Notes: generated from the letters alone by a model not told the origin. A stretch of DNA of 64,000 nucleotides from an uncultured Gemmatimonadales bacterium (GCA_963720365.1 CAVRFK010000031.1:1330-65329); one strand, 5' to 3'. Positions 1 to 12,144 are shown, counted from the first letter of the stretch. Program-made: numbers and translations.

Positions 1-538
1 CGGGGTGCTGATCCTGCTCGGTGGACGGGCGGACCTGGCGCTGGTGTCGTTCATCATCGCCGGGGCCGCGGGCGGATTCCTCGGATGGAACTGGCCCCCG
101 GCCCGCATCTTCCTCGGCGATGTCGGCTCCGGATTCCTCGGCTACGTGTTCGGGGCGTTCTCGCTCATCGTCGGCCGCTCGGGGGCGCTGCCGCTCGCGC
201 TCTGCCTCCTGTTGGCGGGCGTGTTCGCGGTCGACGCGACGATCACCCTGGTGCGGCGGATGCTGCGCGGCGAGCGCTGGTACCAGGCCCATCGCTCGCA
301 CGCGTACCAGCGGCTGGTGGAGAGCGGCTGGTCCCACGCCGCGGTGACCACGACGGTGCTCCTGATCAATCTCGGCCTCGGTGCGCTCGCCTGGCTGGCG
401 CAATCGGGGCGCATCAGCGTGGCCGCGGCCGTGGTTGCGGGGACGGTCGTGCTCACGGTACTCTACCTTGCCGTCGAACGGCGGCGCTCGATGTTCTCGA
501 GAGCTCAGGGAGACGCGCGAATGCGAGGTCCGGCATGA
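1..538 (+). CDS. MraY/WecA-like glycosyltransferase family 4 (polyprenyl-phosphate sugar-1-P transferase), 5'-truncated
   Basis: GFLGWNWPPARIFLGDVGS and AHRSHAYQ motifs; multiple hydrophobic segments. Confidence 0.9.
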   Translation, partial: GVLILLGGRADLALVSFIIAGAAGGFLGWNWPPARIFLGDVGSGFLGYVFGAFSLIVGRSGALPLALCLLLAGVFAVDATITLVRRMLRGERWYQAHRSHAYQRLVESGWSHAAVTTTVLLINLGLGALAWLAQSGRISVAAAVVAGTVVLTVLYLAVERRRSMFSRAQGDARMRGPA

Positions 539-1593
539 CCAGCAGGGCCGACAATCCCGCCTCCGAGATCTCCCTGATCCGCCTGATCAACATCGTGCTG
601 GCCAACCGCACGCTGGTCGCCTTCTCCGCCGCGGTCCTGTTCGTCCTGGTCGTCGGCATCACCTTCGTCCTGCCCCGGACCTTCACCGTCGGGGCGTCCT
701 TCACGCCCCAGAGCGAACGGCTCTCCTCCAACCTGGCCGGCATCGCCGCCCAGTTCGGCGTACAGCTCCCCTCGGCGGACGCCGCCGCCAGCCCCGACTT
801 CTACGTCGCCCTGATCGAATCCCGCCGTATCCTCGGCGAGACGATCAAGACGCAGTACACGTTTCCAACGGACACGGGGCAGGTGAGCGGAACCCTGATG
901 GACATCCTGGAGATCGAGGGGGAGACCCAGGGCGAACGGGAGGACTTGGCCCTGAAGGCGATCCGCGGAATGGTCCAGGCCGAGGTGGACCGGCCGAGCG
1001 GCGTGGTGTCGTTCGAGGTCGAGACCTTCAATGCGGAATTGTCCCACCAGATCTCCCGGCGGATGCTCGACCTGATCAACCGCTTCAACCTGGACACCCG
1101 CCAGTCGCAGGCGTCCGCCGAGCGTGTCTTCACGGAGGCCCGGCTGGCCGAGGCCAAGGAGGAGCTGCTCGAGGTCGAGAACCGGCTGCAGGGGTTTCTC
1201 GAGGTCAACCGCGACATCGGGAACTCCCCGTTGCTCCGGTTCCGCCAGGACCGCCTAGAGCGGGAAGTCAGTATCCGGCAGGCGGTAGTGAGTGCACTGG
1301 CGCAGAACTTCGAGCAGGCACGCATCGACGAAGTGCGCGATATCCCGGTCATCACGATCGTCGAGGCGCCACGGGTGCCGGCGCTCCCCGATTCCCGCAA
1401 GCTCCTGCTCAAGGGCCTGCTCGCGCTGATCGCCGGCTCCATGCTGGGAGCCCTGCTCGCCTTCTTCATGACGTTCGTCCGGTCGAGCCGCACGGATACC
1501 GCGGACGAGTTGGACGAGTTCCGCCGACTCAAGCGAGCGACCGCTCACGACATCAAACGTCCGTGGCGTTTGTTCGGCTTCGGCCGCGGATAG
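535..1593 (+). CDS. Wzz-like polysaccharide chain-length determinant (GNVR-type)
   Basis: ATG overlaps upstream TGA; N- and C-terminal TM helices, coiled coil, Pro-rich motif before last TM. Confidence 0.8.
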   Translation: MTSRADNPASEISLIRLINIVLANRTLVAFSAAVLFVLVVGITFVLPRTFTVGASFTPQSERLSSNLAGIAAQFGVQLPSADAAASPDFYVALIESRRILGETIKTQYTFPTDTGQVSGTLMDILEIEGETQGEREDLALKAIRGMVQAEVDRPSGVVSFEVETFNAELSHQISRRMLDLINRFNLDTRQSQASAERVFTEARLAEAKEELLEVENRLQGFLEVNRDIGNSPLLRFRQDRLEREVSIRQAVVSALAQNFEQARIDEVRDIPVITIVEAPRVPALPDSRKLLLKGLLALIAGSMLGALLAFFMTFVRSSRTDTADELDEFRRLKRATAHDIKRPWRLFGFGRG

Positions 1594-1655
1594 TTCCCGC
1601 CTCTTCCACCCCTCAGACCTACCCGGCATTTTCTACCCGTCTCCGTGGTCCATCC

Positions 1656-1671
1656 GGGCACGGAGGTTGCA
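1656..1671 (+). promoter_or_regulatory. Candidate sigma54 -24/-12 promoter
   Basis: GGGCACGGAGGTTGCA fits TGGCACG-N4-TTGCA with exact GG-N10-GC spacing. Confidence 0.55.
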
Positions 1672-2027
1672 CTTACACCCTTTTCAGCCGCCGATGTCCC
1701 GCGCCGGCCCGACCGATTTGCGCCAGTGGTTGGATGCCGCAGGCAGGGGCCAGTGGGTGCCGGTCACGCAGGCATGGCCGTGTGAGTCCGTAAGATGCGC
1801 GTTCGCCGGAGCGGGTGCTCATCACAGCGCCAGGGACCGAAGTTACAAAAATTGCACGGTCCGGCTCGGTAAGCGCTTCGAGTTTCCGGAGATGACAGCG
1901 GTGTCGCGAAACGACGCGCTTGGACACGATCCTCATCGCGGAGTGGGAATGACCCTGAACTCGTCAACTAACCCACGATCTGGCAATAGCTTGACCTATT
2001 CTTTGGCGCCTGCTATCCGTTGACCTC

Positions 2028-3920
<1,893 letters not shown>

Positions 3921-6569
3921 TCAGCGCGTCGCGACCACCACGATCGTCGTCAGCACGCCCAGCACCTGCGCCATCGTCGCCAGCACGCTCGGCAGGGTGC
4001 TCGGGCTATCCTGCACAATCTTCGCCGGCACGTAGACCACCGCCCCGGGCTTGGGGCGGGGAACCTTGTCGGCGAAGAGCGCCTTCCGCTTCACGCCTTC
4101 CCGCTCGCCATTCGGCTGGGTGACGTACGAGTGGCCCTGGTCGCCCGTCTGGGTGTAGCCACCCGCCCGATCCACATACCAATCCAGATTCTTGCCCGGC
4201 TCGAAGGCGACCGGCCCCGGTGAATTGACCGAGCCGCGAACCATCACGACCGGATCGAACTCCGGCACGTGGATCGAGTCGCCGCCCATCAGCACCATGT
4301 TGTCGCGGAAGCCCGGGTCGTCGAGCACGTGCGCCAGGTCGATCCCGACCCGCTCGGGGACGCTGCGTCGGACCGTGTCGCGGGCGCCGGTCGGCCTCTG
4401 GTACTCGCGCGGTTGGTCGAGCACCGGGGAGAGCGGATCGCCGCCCGTGGGCCGGCCGCCGGTGTACGAGCGGTAGAAACGGACGCCCTCGGGATAGGCC
4501 TCGGAGGTGAGCCCGCCCGCGCGCTCCAGCAGGTCGCTGACCCGGTCGGTCTTCGACTTGAGGGAGTAGCGGCCGGGGAACTTCACCTGGCCCGAGATCG
4601 CCACGCTGCGCTGCAGCTCCCAGCCCGGCTGCCGCATGATCATCAGGTTGTCGTACGGCTGGAGCTCGGTGTCGGGCGCGCCGGACGCGGGCGCGGGCAG
4701 GCCCGGCGGTCCGGCGTAGGTCTCGCCCGCCCGGCGGGCGAAGAGATAGGTCGAGTCGAGCGGTACCCGGACCGTGGTGGCGAGCGTGCCCGAGGCCGAG
4801 TCGTGCGCGAGCCGCGCGATCTCGGCCTCCTGGAGCCACGCGTCGGGCGTGACGCCGTCCGCGAGCAGGACCGCATCGCGCACCGTCATCCCTTCACGGT
4901 ACGGCACCCGTCCCGGCTTGCGCACCGCGCCGACCACGGCGATGTAGCGCTCCGTCCGGAACGTGGAGCGGGAGAAGATCCGGATCTCGTCTTCCTCCTC
5001 CAGCGCGAGATCCGAGATCACCGCGCCGGTAGAATCCCGGAAGGCGGAGCGGAGCTGGATCCTGCTGGAGTCCTCCCGCATCCGGGTGACCAGGATGCGA
5101 TCGAGATAGACGTCCGGCTTGGGGCCGCCCGCGAGCCGGATCGCGTCGCTCAGCTTCATCCCCGGCGTGTGGCCCACCTCGCCCTCGACCCACACGTTCC
5201 CCTTCACCGTCACGAAGCTCCGGATCCGATCGGTCACGCCGTGCACCGTCACCGAATCGCCGGGGGCCATCGGCACCTCGGGTGCGATCCCGTCGCTGAA
5301 CTGGTCGGCGCCGACCGCGATGACCACGCGGGCGCGCCCGCCGGAGCCCCGGGACGCGGGCGGCAGCACGCGGTGGATGGTCACCCGCGCCTGCGCCGCC
5401 GTCGGATCGAAGCCGCCGGCGTACTGGATGAGGTCGCGCAGGGTCTCGTTGGGACGCAGCTCGTAGACCGCCGGACGATTGACCTTCCCCGCCAGCTTGG
5501 CGAAGCCACCGTGCACCGGAACGAACACCACGTCGCCACTCTGGAGCCGCGGCCTGGTCGGATTGATGCCCTGGGTCAGGTAGTCGTAGACGTCCACGCT
5601 GTCCACCAGCTTGCCGCCGCGGCGGATGTCCACCCGGCGGAAACTGCCGTTGGCGGTCGGGCCGCCGGCGGCGTAGAGCGCGTTGAGCACCGTGCCCGCG
5701 GCCGACACCTGGTACGCGCCCGGGCGCACCACGTCGCCGGCCACGTAGATCTGCATCTTCCGGAGCTTGGCGAGCGAGAGCTGGAACCGCGTGCGGGGAT
5801 TCTGGGAGCGGCGTACGCCCGAGTACACCTTGCCGAGCCGGGTATAGAGCTGATCCTCGAGCTGGGCCATCGTGAGATTCGCCACGTGAAGCTGGCCCAC
5901 CTGCGGAATCACGACGAAGCCCTCGCGGGTCACCTCCAGCATGTGCGCCTGCTCGACGTCGCCGGTGAGAATGAGCACCAGCACGTCGCCCGGGCCGACC
6001 TGGTAGTTCTCGTCCACCGGGCCGTCTTCGACCGGCTCGAACTGGGTGGAGAGTTTCCGGAACGTCTCGAGGCCGAAGATCTTGAGCTGCGACGGCTGGA
6101 TCACCTCGAGCGAGTCGGCCAGCGAGTCGGCGCGGAGCGAATCGAGATGGCGGAGCCGGAGCGAGTCGAGCAGCTGGCGGACGGAGTCCGACATCGCGAA
6201 CAGCGAGTCCTGCATCGCCAGCGAGTCGGCTTCGCGGGGTGAGAGGATGCCGAGCGCCGTGACGGCGTCGATGGTGCGCGGCCCCGGACGAGTCGCGAGC
6301 GTGGTGTCGGCACCGGAGAGGTACTGGTCGAGGAGGTTCTCCGGATAGCCCGCGGCGCGGAGCCGGGCGCGGATCTGGTCTTCACTCATCCCCGACTCGC
6401 CGATCCGGTCCCGGAGCTGCCGGACCAGGTCGGGCTGGTTCTGCAGCAGGTCTCTGGCTTGATCGGGAGAGGGCAGCGCCTGGCCGGGTCGCACCTGGAC
6501 GGGCACCTGCGCGGCGAGCGCGGCCGGAGCCAGCAGCAGGACTACGGCCAGCAGCAGTCGGGTGGGCAT
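3921..6569 (-). CDS. Polysaccharide export protein with multiple SLBB domains (Wza/KpsD-like)
   Basis: Signal peptide MPTRLLLAVV; YQVGPGD export motif; repeated G.V..PG.Y / A...AGG SLBB units. Confidence 0.88.
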   Translation of the reverse strand: MPTRLLLAVVLLLAPAALAAQVPVQVRPGQALPSPDQARDLLQNQPDLVRQLRDRIGESGMSEDQIRARLRAAGYPENLLDQYLSGADTTLATRPGPRTIDAVTALGILSPREADSLAMQDSLFAMSDSVRQLLDSLRLRHLDSLRADSLADSLEVIQPSQLKIFGLETFRKLSTQFEPVEDGPVDENYQVGPGDVLVLILTGDVEQAHMLEVTREGFVVIPQVGQLHVANLTMAQLEDQLYTRLGKVYSGVRRSQNPRTRFQLSLAKLRKMQIYVAGDVVRPGAYQVSAAGTVLNALYAAGGPTANGSFRRVDIRRGGKLVDSVDVYDYLTQGINPTRPRLQSGDVVFVPVHGGFAKLAGKVNRPAVYELRPNETLRDLIQYAGGFDPTAAQARVTIHRVLPPASRGSGGRARVVIAVGADQFSDGIAPEVPMAPGDSVTVHGVTDRIRSFVTVKGNVWVEGEVGHTPGMKLSDAIRLAGGPKPDVYLDRILVTRMREDSSRIQLRSAFRDSTGAVISDLALEEEDEIRIFSRSTFRTERYIAVVGAVRKPGRVPYREGMTVRDAVLLADGVTPDAWLQEAEIARLAHDSASGTLATTVRVPLDSTYLFARRAGETYAGPPGLPAPASGAPDTELQPYDNLMIMRQPGWELQRSVAISGQVKFPGRYSLKSKTDRVSDLLERAGGLTSEAYPEGVRFYRSYTGGRPTGGDPLSPVLDQPREYQRPTGARDTVRRSVPERVGIDLAHVLDDPGFRDNMVLMGGDSIHVPEFDPVVMVRGSVNSPGPVAFEPGKNLDWYVDRAGGYTQTGDQGHSYVTQPNGEREGVKRKALFADKVPRPKPGAVVYVPAKIVQDSPSTLPSVLATMAQVLGVLTTIVVVATR

Positions 6570-6601
6570 CGTGGCGAAGCTCGCTCGTAAGTTACAGAAA
6601 G

Positions 6602-7714
6602 TCAACTGGTTGCGCCGATGGCCTTGCGCCAGAACCGGAGGGTCTTCGCGGCGATCGCCGCGTCGGTGTACTCGCTCATGACGCGCTGCCGTCCCGCCGC
6701 GGAGAGCCGCTCGCGCTCGGCGGGGTCGTCGTGCAGCCGCTGAAGCGCCTCGGCGATCGCGACCACATCTTCCTCGGTCACCACGATGCCGGCCGGTCCC
6801 ACGATCTCGGGCAGCGCGCCCGCCGCGCTCGCGACGACCGCCACGCCGTGGGCCATCGCCTCCATCGCCGCGCGGGGCGTCCGCTCGACCCAGCGGGGCG
6901 CGGTGCGCGAGGGCAGTACCACGCAATCGAGCCGGGGCCACACCTCGTCCACCTTCTGCCGGGGCAGGGCGCCGAGCCAGGTGACCCGGCCCGCGATGCC
7001 GAGCCGCTCGGCGAGTCCTTCCAGCTCTTCCTGGGCCGGGCCGGTGCCGACCACGGTGATGGTCCACCGTCCGATCAGCTTGACGCAGGCGCGGAAGAGG
7101 AGGTCGAGCCCCTTCTCCGGGATCAGCCTCCCGAAGAAGCCGATGGTGAGCCCGACCTGCGCCACGCGGGTGTTCTGCAGCGGGAGGCCGACGCCGAGCT
7201 GGGGGACGACCTCCCGCTCCAGCGCGGGGTGCTGCCGGGTGGCCAGCTTGGCGGCCACTTCATTGACGGCGAGCACGCCCTTCGCGTGGCCGAGCACCCG
7301 GGAGCGGCGCAGACGGCCCAGCGCCCCGTGGTGGGCGGGGAGACTCTCCCGGGTCACGAGCGTATAGGGCACTCGCAGACGGCGGGCCAGCGCGGCGGCG
7401 GTCGCGGCCGCGCGGGTCCAGGGTTCTTCCTCTATCTGAATCAGCTCGGGCTTGAAGTCGGTGATCAGCCGGCGGAGCGCGCTCCGGCTCCAGGCGGGAT
7501 CCGCGTCGGGGGCGGTGCTGCCCTTGAGCGAGATGGGAACGGTGCGGACGCCGGCGTCGTCGCCGTAGACCGTCTGCTGCTCGGCGCCGAGGCCGAGCGG
7601 GGACCAGCGGTCGGGCACGGCGGCCGCCACCGCGACCCCGAGGCCCGCGAGCGCCTTGAGCTTGCCCCTCGTGGCCGGATCGGCATAGACCCGCGAAACG
7701 ACGATGGCGCGCAC
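6602..7714 (-). CDS. Glycosyltransferase family 4
   Basis: GRLIPEKG and EAMAHGVAVVAS GT-B motifs. Confidence 0.88.
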   Translation of the reverse strand: MRAIVVSRVYADPATRGKLKALAGLGVAVAAAVPDRWSPLGLGAEQQTVYGDDAGVRTVPISLKGSTAPDADPAWSRSALRRLITDFKPELIQIEEEPWTRAAATAAALARRLRVPYTLVTRESLPAHHGALGRLRRSRVLGHAKGVLAVNEVAAKLATRQHPALEREVVPQLGVGLPLQNTRVAQVGLTIGFFGRLIPEKGLDLLFRACVKLIGRWTITVVGTGPAQEELEGLAERLGIAGRVTWLGALPRQKVDEVWPRLDCVVLPSRTAPRWVERTPRAAMEAMAHGVAVVASAAGALPEIVGPAGIVVTEEDVVAIAEALQRLHDDPAERERLSAAGRQRVMSEYTDAAIAAKTLRFWRKAIGATS

Positions 7715-8803
7715 TCAGCGCACCAGCGGCTCGAGCGCCGCCGCGATGCGCTTGGCGGCGTCGCCGGCACCATAGGCCGTGCGGGTCCAGCCGCCGCCGT
7801 TGCTCCAGCGCCGGCGGTGCTCGCCGATCGCCCTGGTCAGCTCGGGGATCCCTCCCGCGGGGTCGATCGGGATGTTGGCGCCCTCCTCCACTGTTTCGAT
7901 CCATTCCGTCTCGCGTCGCAGAGTGACGCAGGGTGTCCCCATCCAGTAGGCCTCGCGCTGGAGCCCGCCGGAGTCGGTGAAGATCATCTCGGCGGCTCGG
8001 GCGAGCGCCAGGCTCTCGAGATAGCCCACCGGCGGGACGATGGTGAGCCCGGGCCCGAATTGCGGCGCGATTCCCGCGGCATCGAGGGCGGCCCGGGTGC
8101 GCGGATGGAGGGCCAGGAGCACCGGCCGGTCGAGCGAGGCGAGCGCCTCCAGGATGCCACGCAGCACCGCCGGCCGGTCGGTCAGCTCGGCGCGGTGCAC
8201 GGTGGCGAAGCAGAAGGGGCCGCCGTTGGCGGCGGCCGGCACCGGCGGCGGCGGGAGCCGGTCGGCCTGCCCCAGGAGCGAGTCGTAGGCGACGTCGCCG
8301 GTCTCCACCACCGTCGCGTCCATCCGCTCCCGCTCGACCCGCCGGGTGGCGCGGGCGGACGGCGTGCAGAGCACGTGGGAGATGGCGTCCACCACCCGCC
8401 GGTTGATCTCTTCCGGCATGAGCGCGTCGTCGGCGCGGAGACCGGCTTCGACGTGGAGCACCGGGATGCGGAGCTTGGTGGCGGCGAGGGCGCAGCCGAG
8501 GGTGGAGTTGGTGTCGCCGATGACGATGACCGCGCGCGGCCGATGCTCCTGGAGCACCTTCTCCGCCCGCGTGAGGACGGTCGCAGTCTGCTCCGCGTGG
8601 CCGGCCGAGCCGACCTCGAGGATCGAGTCCGGCTTGCGCACGCCGAGCTGCTCGTAGAGCAGCGCGTTCAGCTCGTAGTCGTAGTGCTGGCCCGTATCCA
8701 TGGCCAGCACGTCGTAGCGGGCCTCGAGATGCGAGCGCAAGACGCTCGCCTTGATGACCTGCGGACGGGTCCCGTAGCAGAGGGCGATCTGAGTACGTGG
8801 CAT
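7715..8803 (-). CDS. wecB: UDP-N-acetylglucosamine 2-epimerase (non-hydrolysing)
   Basis: GTRPQ, TGQHYD, GDTNST, HVEAGLR, PEEINR, TDSGGLQREA. Confidence 0.92.
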   Translation of the reverse strand: MPRTQIALCYGTRPQVIKASVLRSHLEARYDVLAMDTGQHYDYELNALLYEQLGVRKPDSILEVGSAGHAEQTATVLTRAEKVLQEHRPRAVIVIGDTNSTLGCALAATKLRIPVLHVEAGLRADDALMPEEINRRVVDAISHVLCTPSARATRRVERERMDATVVETGDVAYDSLLGQADRLPPPPVPAAANGGPFCFATVHRAELTDRPAVLRGILEALASLDRPVLLALHPRTRAALDAAGIAPQFGPGLTIVPPVGYLESLALARAAEMIFTDSGGLQREAYWMGTPCVTLRRETEWIETVEEGANIPIDPAGGIPELTRAIGEHRRRWSNGGGWTRTAYGAGDAAKRIAAALEPLVR

Positions 8804-8934
8804 GGGGACGGGGTAAGAGTTGGCGCGAGCTGGCGTCCGGGGTGCCGTAATCTGTCGCGGCGGGGCGTCGGCTCCAAGGGGCGGGGGCGGCGTTGACACC
8901 GGTTACGGTCCATGGTGAAGTTGGCACAACTCCG

Positions 8935-10014
8935 ATGCGCATTCTCCATCTCGCGAAGTACTACTGGCCGCGCTCCGGCGGCATGGAGCGGGTGGTGCAG
9001 AGCCTCGCCGAGGGGGCCGCGAACCTGGGACACCAGGTCGAGGTCGTCGCGGTGGAGACCCTGGGCCGCGCGGGGAGCTCCTTGCGCCAGCGCTCGTCGG
9101 TGACCCGGGCGTTCTCGCTCGCGGCGCTGGGCTCGCAGGAGATCGCGCCCGGCTACATCGCGGCCGCCTGGAAGCGCGCCGACATCATCCACGTCCACCA
9201 TCCCCACCCGCTCGCCGACGTCGCCTGCCTGCTCCGGGCCCGGCGCACGCCGGTCGTCGTCACCCAGCACGCCGACTCGCGCCGGTCGGTGTACCGTCCC
9301 GCCACCCGGCTGGTCCTGCGCCGCGCCGCGGCGGTCGTGGTGCCGAGCCGGGCGCACCTCGCGCTGTCCAACGAGCTGATCGGGTTCGAGTCGAAGGTGG
9401 AGGTGATTCCGTTCGGCATCGATCAGGCGCGGTGGGAGCTGGTGCCGCCGCCGCCGCCCGGAGCGGCGCCGCGGGCGATCTTCATCGGACGCCTGCTCAA
9501 CTACAAGGGGCTCGACGTCCTCCTGCGGGCGCTGGAGCGGGTGCCGGATCTTCGGCTCGACATCGTGGGCTCAGGACCGGAGGGGCCGCGGCTCCGGACG
9601 CTGGCGCAGGCGCTCGCGATCACCGACCGGGTGCGCTGGTACGGCGAGTACCCGGATGAGGACCTTCCGCGCCGGATGGCGGATGCCGACTTTCTGGTCC
9701 TGCCGTCGGTGACGGTGGAGGAGATGTTCGGGCTGGTGGTGCTGGAGGCGATGGCGGCCGGGCGCCCCGTCGTCACGACGGCGCTGCCGAGCGCGGTGCG
9801 GGAGGTGAACGTGCCGGGGGAGACGGGGCTCGAGGTGCCGCTGCGCGACGTCGCGGGGCTGGCGCAGGCGCTGGACAAGCTGTCGCGCGATCCGGACCTG
9901 CGGAAGAGGATGGGAGAGGCGGGGCGGAAGCGAGTGGCGAGCCAGTTCACGCAGACGGCGATGGCGGAGAAGCACATCGCGCTGTACGAGAGGTTGCGCG
10001 CGGGAAGGCGGTAG
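8935..10014 (+). CDS. Glycosyltransferase family 4
   Basis: MRILHLAKYY..GGME, GRLLNYKG, EMFGLVVLEAMAAG. Confidence 0.9.
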   Translation: MRILHLAKYYWPRSGGMERVVQSLAEGAANLGHQVEVVAVETLGRAGSSLRQRSSVTRAFSLAALGSQEIAPGYIAAAWKRADIIHVHHPHPLADVACLLRARRTPVVVTQHADSRRSVYRPATRLVLRRAAAVVVPSRAHLALSNELIGFESKVEVIPFGIDQARWELVPPPPPGAAPRAIFIGRLLNYKGLDVLLRALERVPDLRLDIVGSGPEGPRLRTLAQALAITDRVRWYGEYPDEDLPRRMADADFLVLPSVTVEEMFGLVVLEAMAAGRPVVTTALPSAVREVNVPGETGLEVPLRDVAGLAQALDKLSRDPDLRKRMGEAGRKRVASQFTQTAMAEKHIALYERLRAGRR

Positions 10015-10207
10015 GGCGGACGGGCGGTAAGGCGGTCAGGCGGAAGGCGGACTGGGGGCACAGCGGTGTCATCCCGAGCGGAGCGAGGGATCTTGCCGGC
10101 CAGCATCGTTCGCCGGCGGACAAGATCCCTCGCTCCGCTCGGGATGACAGGCTACCCATCCACCGCCTGACCGCCTGACCGCCTGACCGCCTGACCGCCC
10201 GTCCGCC
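10007..10207. repeat. Inverted arrays of 8-bp GGCGGNNN / CCGCCTGA units enclosing a family A palindrome
   Basis: ggcggtag-ggcggacg-ggcggtaa-ggcggtca on the left; (ccgcctga)x4 then ccgcccgtccgcc on the right. Confidence 0.8.
10067..10149. repeat. REP-like palindrome, family A
   Basis: TGTCATCCCGAGCGGAGCGAGGGATCTTG ... CAAGATCCCTCGCTCCGCTCGGGATGACA, perfect arms. Confidence 0.9.
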
Positions 10208-10718
10208 CTACTTGATCGCCCCTTCTTTCCCCGCGATCCGCCGCAGCACCGCCGTCTGCCCCGCGTGGTACGCCTGGTGGAACATCATCGTCGTCAGCAG
10301 CGTGCGAATGGTCTCGTCGGGATTGCCCGAGGGGCTGCTGGGCGCCGGTCGGTCGAGGAACTCCGGGGCGAGCTTCGAGAGCCCGGCGTCCACCCGCTCG
10401 ACGGCCACCTGCCACGCGTCCATCATCTGCTGGAAGTCGAGGGCCTGCGCCGGATCGGTGAGCGGCCGGCCGCCTCGAGCGTAGCGCTTGAGCAGCGCCG
10501 GGTCCATCACCGGCTCCTGGCCCAGGAGCGGCAGCACCTCGTTGTAGGCCCACAGCAGGTGGCCGACGATCCAGTTGAGCCGGTTGCCGGCGGGCTGGGG
10601 CTCGACCAGGCTGTCCTGGTGGGTGAGACCCCCGACATTGAGTGGCGACGACCCGGCCGGCGGCGAAGGTCTGCTGGCGCCAGAGGGCGATCTCGGGGGT
10701 GGTGGCGGTCGTGGGCAT
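10208..10718 (-). CDS. DinB-family protein (apparent frameshift ~10640)
   Basis: NRLNWIVGHLL and FHQAYHAGQ metal-binding His motifs; N-terminus in another frame. Confidence 0.8.
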
Positions 10719-10745
10719 GGCGGTCGCTCCTTGCGGCAGTCGATA

Positions 10746-10850
10746 ATAGTACGAAATCGTATTACTTCCCGAAGATGCGGTCGAGGTCCGGCGGCGTCAA
10801 GTCCGTAGCGCGGTGGAACCGCGGTGGCGTATAATACGACTTCGTACTAT
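10746..10850. promoter_or_regulatory. Pair of candidate MarR operators (10746-10764, 10832-10850)
   Basis: ATAGTACGAAATCGTATTA and TAATACGACTTCGTACTAT are inverted copies (18/19), each palindromic; TATAAT at 10830-10835. Confidence 0.7.
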
Positions 10851-10867
10851 CGCCCCGGACCGGCGCC

Positions 10868-11299
10868 ATGGCTCTCGACTTCCTGTCTCCGCTGCACAAG
10901 GCCTCCCGGCAGATCTCGGTCTACCTGGAGACCCACACCCGCGGGCTGGGCCTGAGTCCGCTCGAAGGCCACGTGCTGACCTACCTGCGGGGCTACGCGC
11001 CCGCGCCGGTCGGCGAGCTGGTGCGGGTGTTCGGGATCAAGCAGTCCACGCTCACCAGCCTGCTCGACCGCCTGGAGAAGCGCGGGCTGGTGCGCCGGGA
11101 GCTCAACCCCGACGACCGGCGATCGTTTCTCATTCATCTCACCGACGAGGGCCGCGACTTCGGCCGCCGGCTCCACCGGCTGCTGGAGACGCTCGAGGCG
11201 GACATCCGCCGCGGGGTTCGCGCCCAGGACATGAAGGGATTCCGCGCGGTCATGGGCGCGGTGGAGAAGGTCACCCGGGTGCGGCTGCGGGAGCGCTGA
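10868..11299 (+). CDS. MarR-family transcriptional regulator
   Basis: STLTSLLDRLEKRGLVRRELNPDDRRSFLIHLTDEG winged helix. Confidence 0.92.
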   Translation: MALDFLSPLHKASRQISVYLETHTRGLGLSPLEGHVLTYLRGYAPAPVGELVRVFGIKQSTLTSLLDRLEKRGLVRRELNPDDRRSFLIHLTDEGRDFGRRLHRLLETLEADIRRGVRAQDMKGFRAVMGAVEKVTRVRLRER

Positions 11300-12122
11300 G
11301 TGGTCGCCGACCCCAATCCCCAGCTTCGGCAGGTGGCGGGTGACGTCGCGCCGCTGCTCGACCGTCTCACTCGTTTTGGCTTCGGCGTGAAGGGACTGGT
11401 GACGGTGCTCGTGGGAGTCCTGGCGCTGCGGTACGCGCTGGGGAAGGGTGGGAAGCCGACGGGGGAACAGGGCGCGATCGCGTCACTTCTCGGTCAGCCG
11501 TTCGGCACCGCGATCGTGGCTGTCATCGCGGCGGGGCTCGCGGCCTACGGGCTCTGGATGTTCGGGTCGGCGATCGTGGATCCCGAGCGGAAGGGCACCT
11601 CCGTCCAGGGTCTCGCCGAGCGGGTCGGCTTCTTCGTCACTGGGGTGGCGTATGCATTGCTGGCTTGGGCGGCGGTAGGGCTGCTCCAGGGGGGCGGCAC
11701 CGGACGCGGGCCTGGACCTCGAGGGCATCGCGTCCGCCGTGCTCACGCCGCTGGTGGGTCGGGCCGTGGTCGCCGTGGTTGGCCTGGCGGTGGTGACGGC
11801 CGGAATCCTCCAACTCAGGCTCGGCCTCACCGGCCGCTTTCGCCGAAGCCTTCGAGACGGTCTCACCAGGGTCGAGCAGGTACTGACGATGGTGACCGGG
11901 TCAGCGGGTTACGTGGCCCTGGGCGTCATGTCGCTGCTGGTCGGATCGTCGCTGATGCGGGTGGCGATCGAGTACGATCCATCGGAGGCGGGTGGCTGGG
12001 ATGAGGCGCTCAGCTACCTCTCCGGCCTCGGCCAGGGCCGCTGGGCGCTCATCGCGGCTTCGATCGGCCTGATCCTCTACGGGACCTACTTCATGCTGCT
12101 GGTGCGGTATCGGCGGCTGTGA
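11300..12122 (+). CDS. DUF1206-like membrane protein (apparent frameshift ~11700)
   Basis: R.GF..KG.V..L.G.LAL repeats and TM helices across ORFs 11300-12004 and 11739-12122. Confidence 0.7.
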
Positions 12123-12144
12123 GGGGCAAATCTCACTTGACAAG

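Noticed and set aside
10007..10014. ops-like GGCGGTAG near the polysaccharide genes
   Set aside because: Lies at the 3' end of a gene and is one unit of the octamer array, not in a leader
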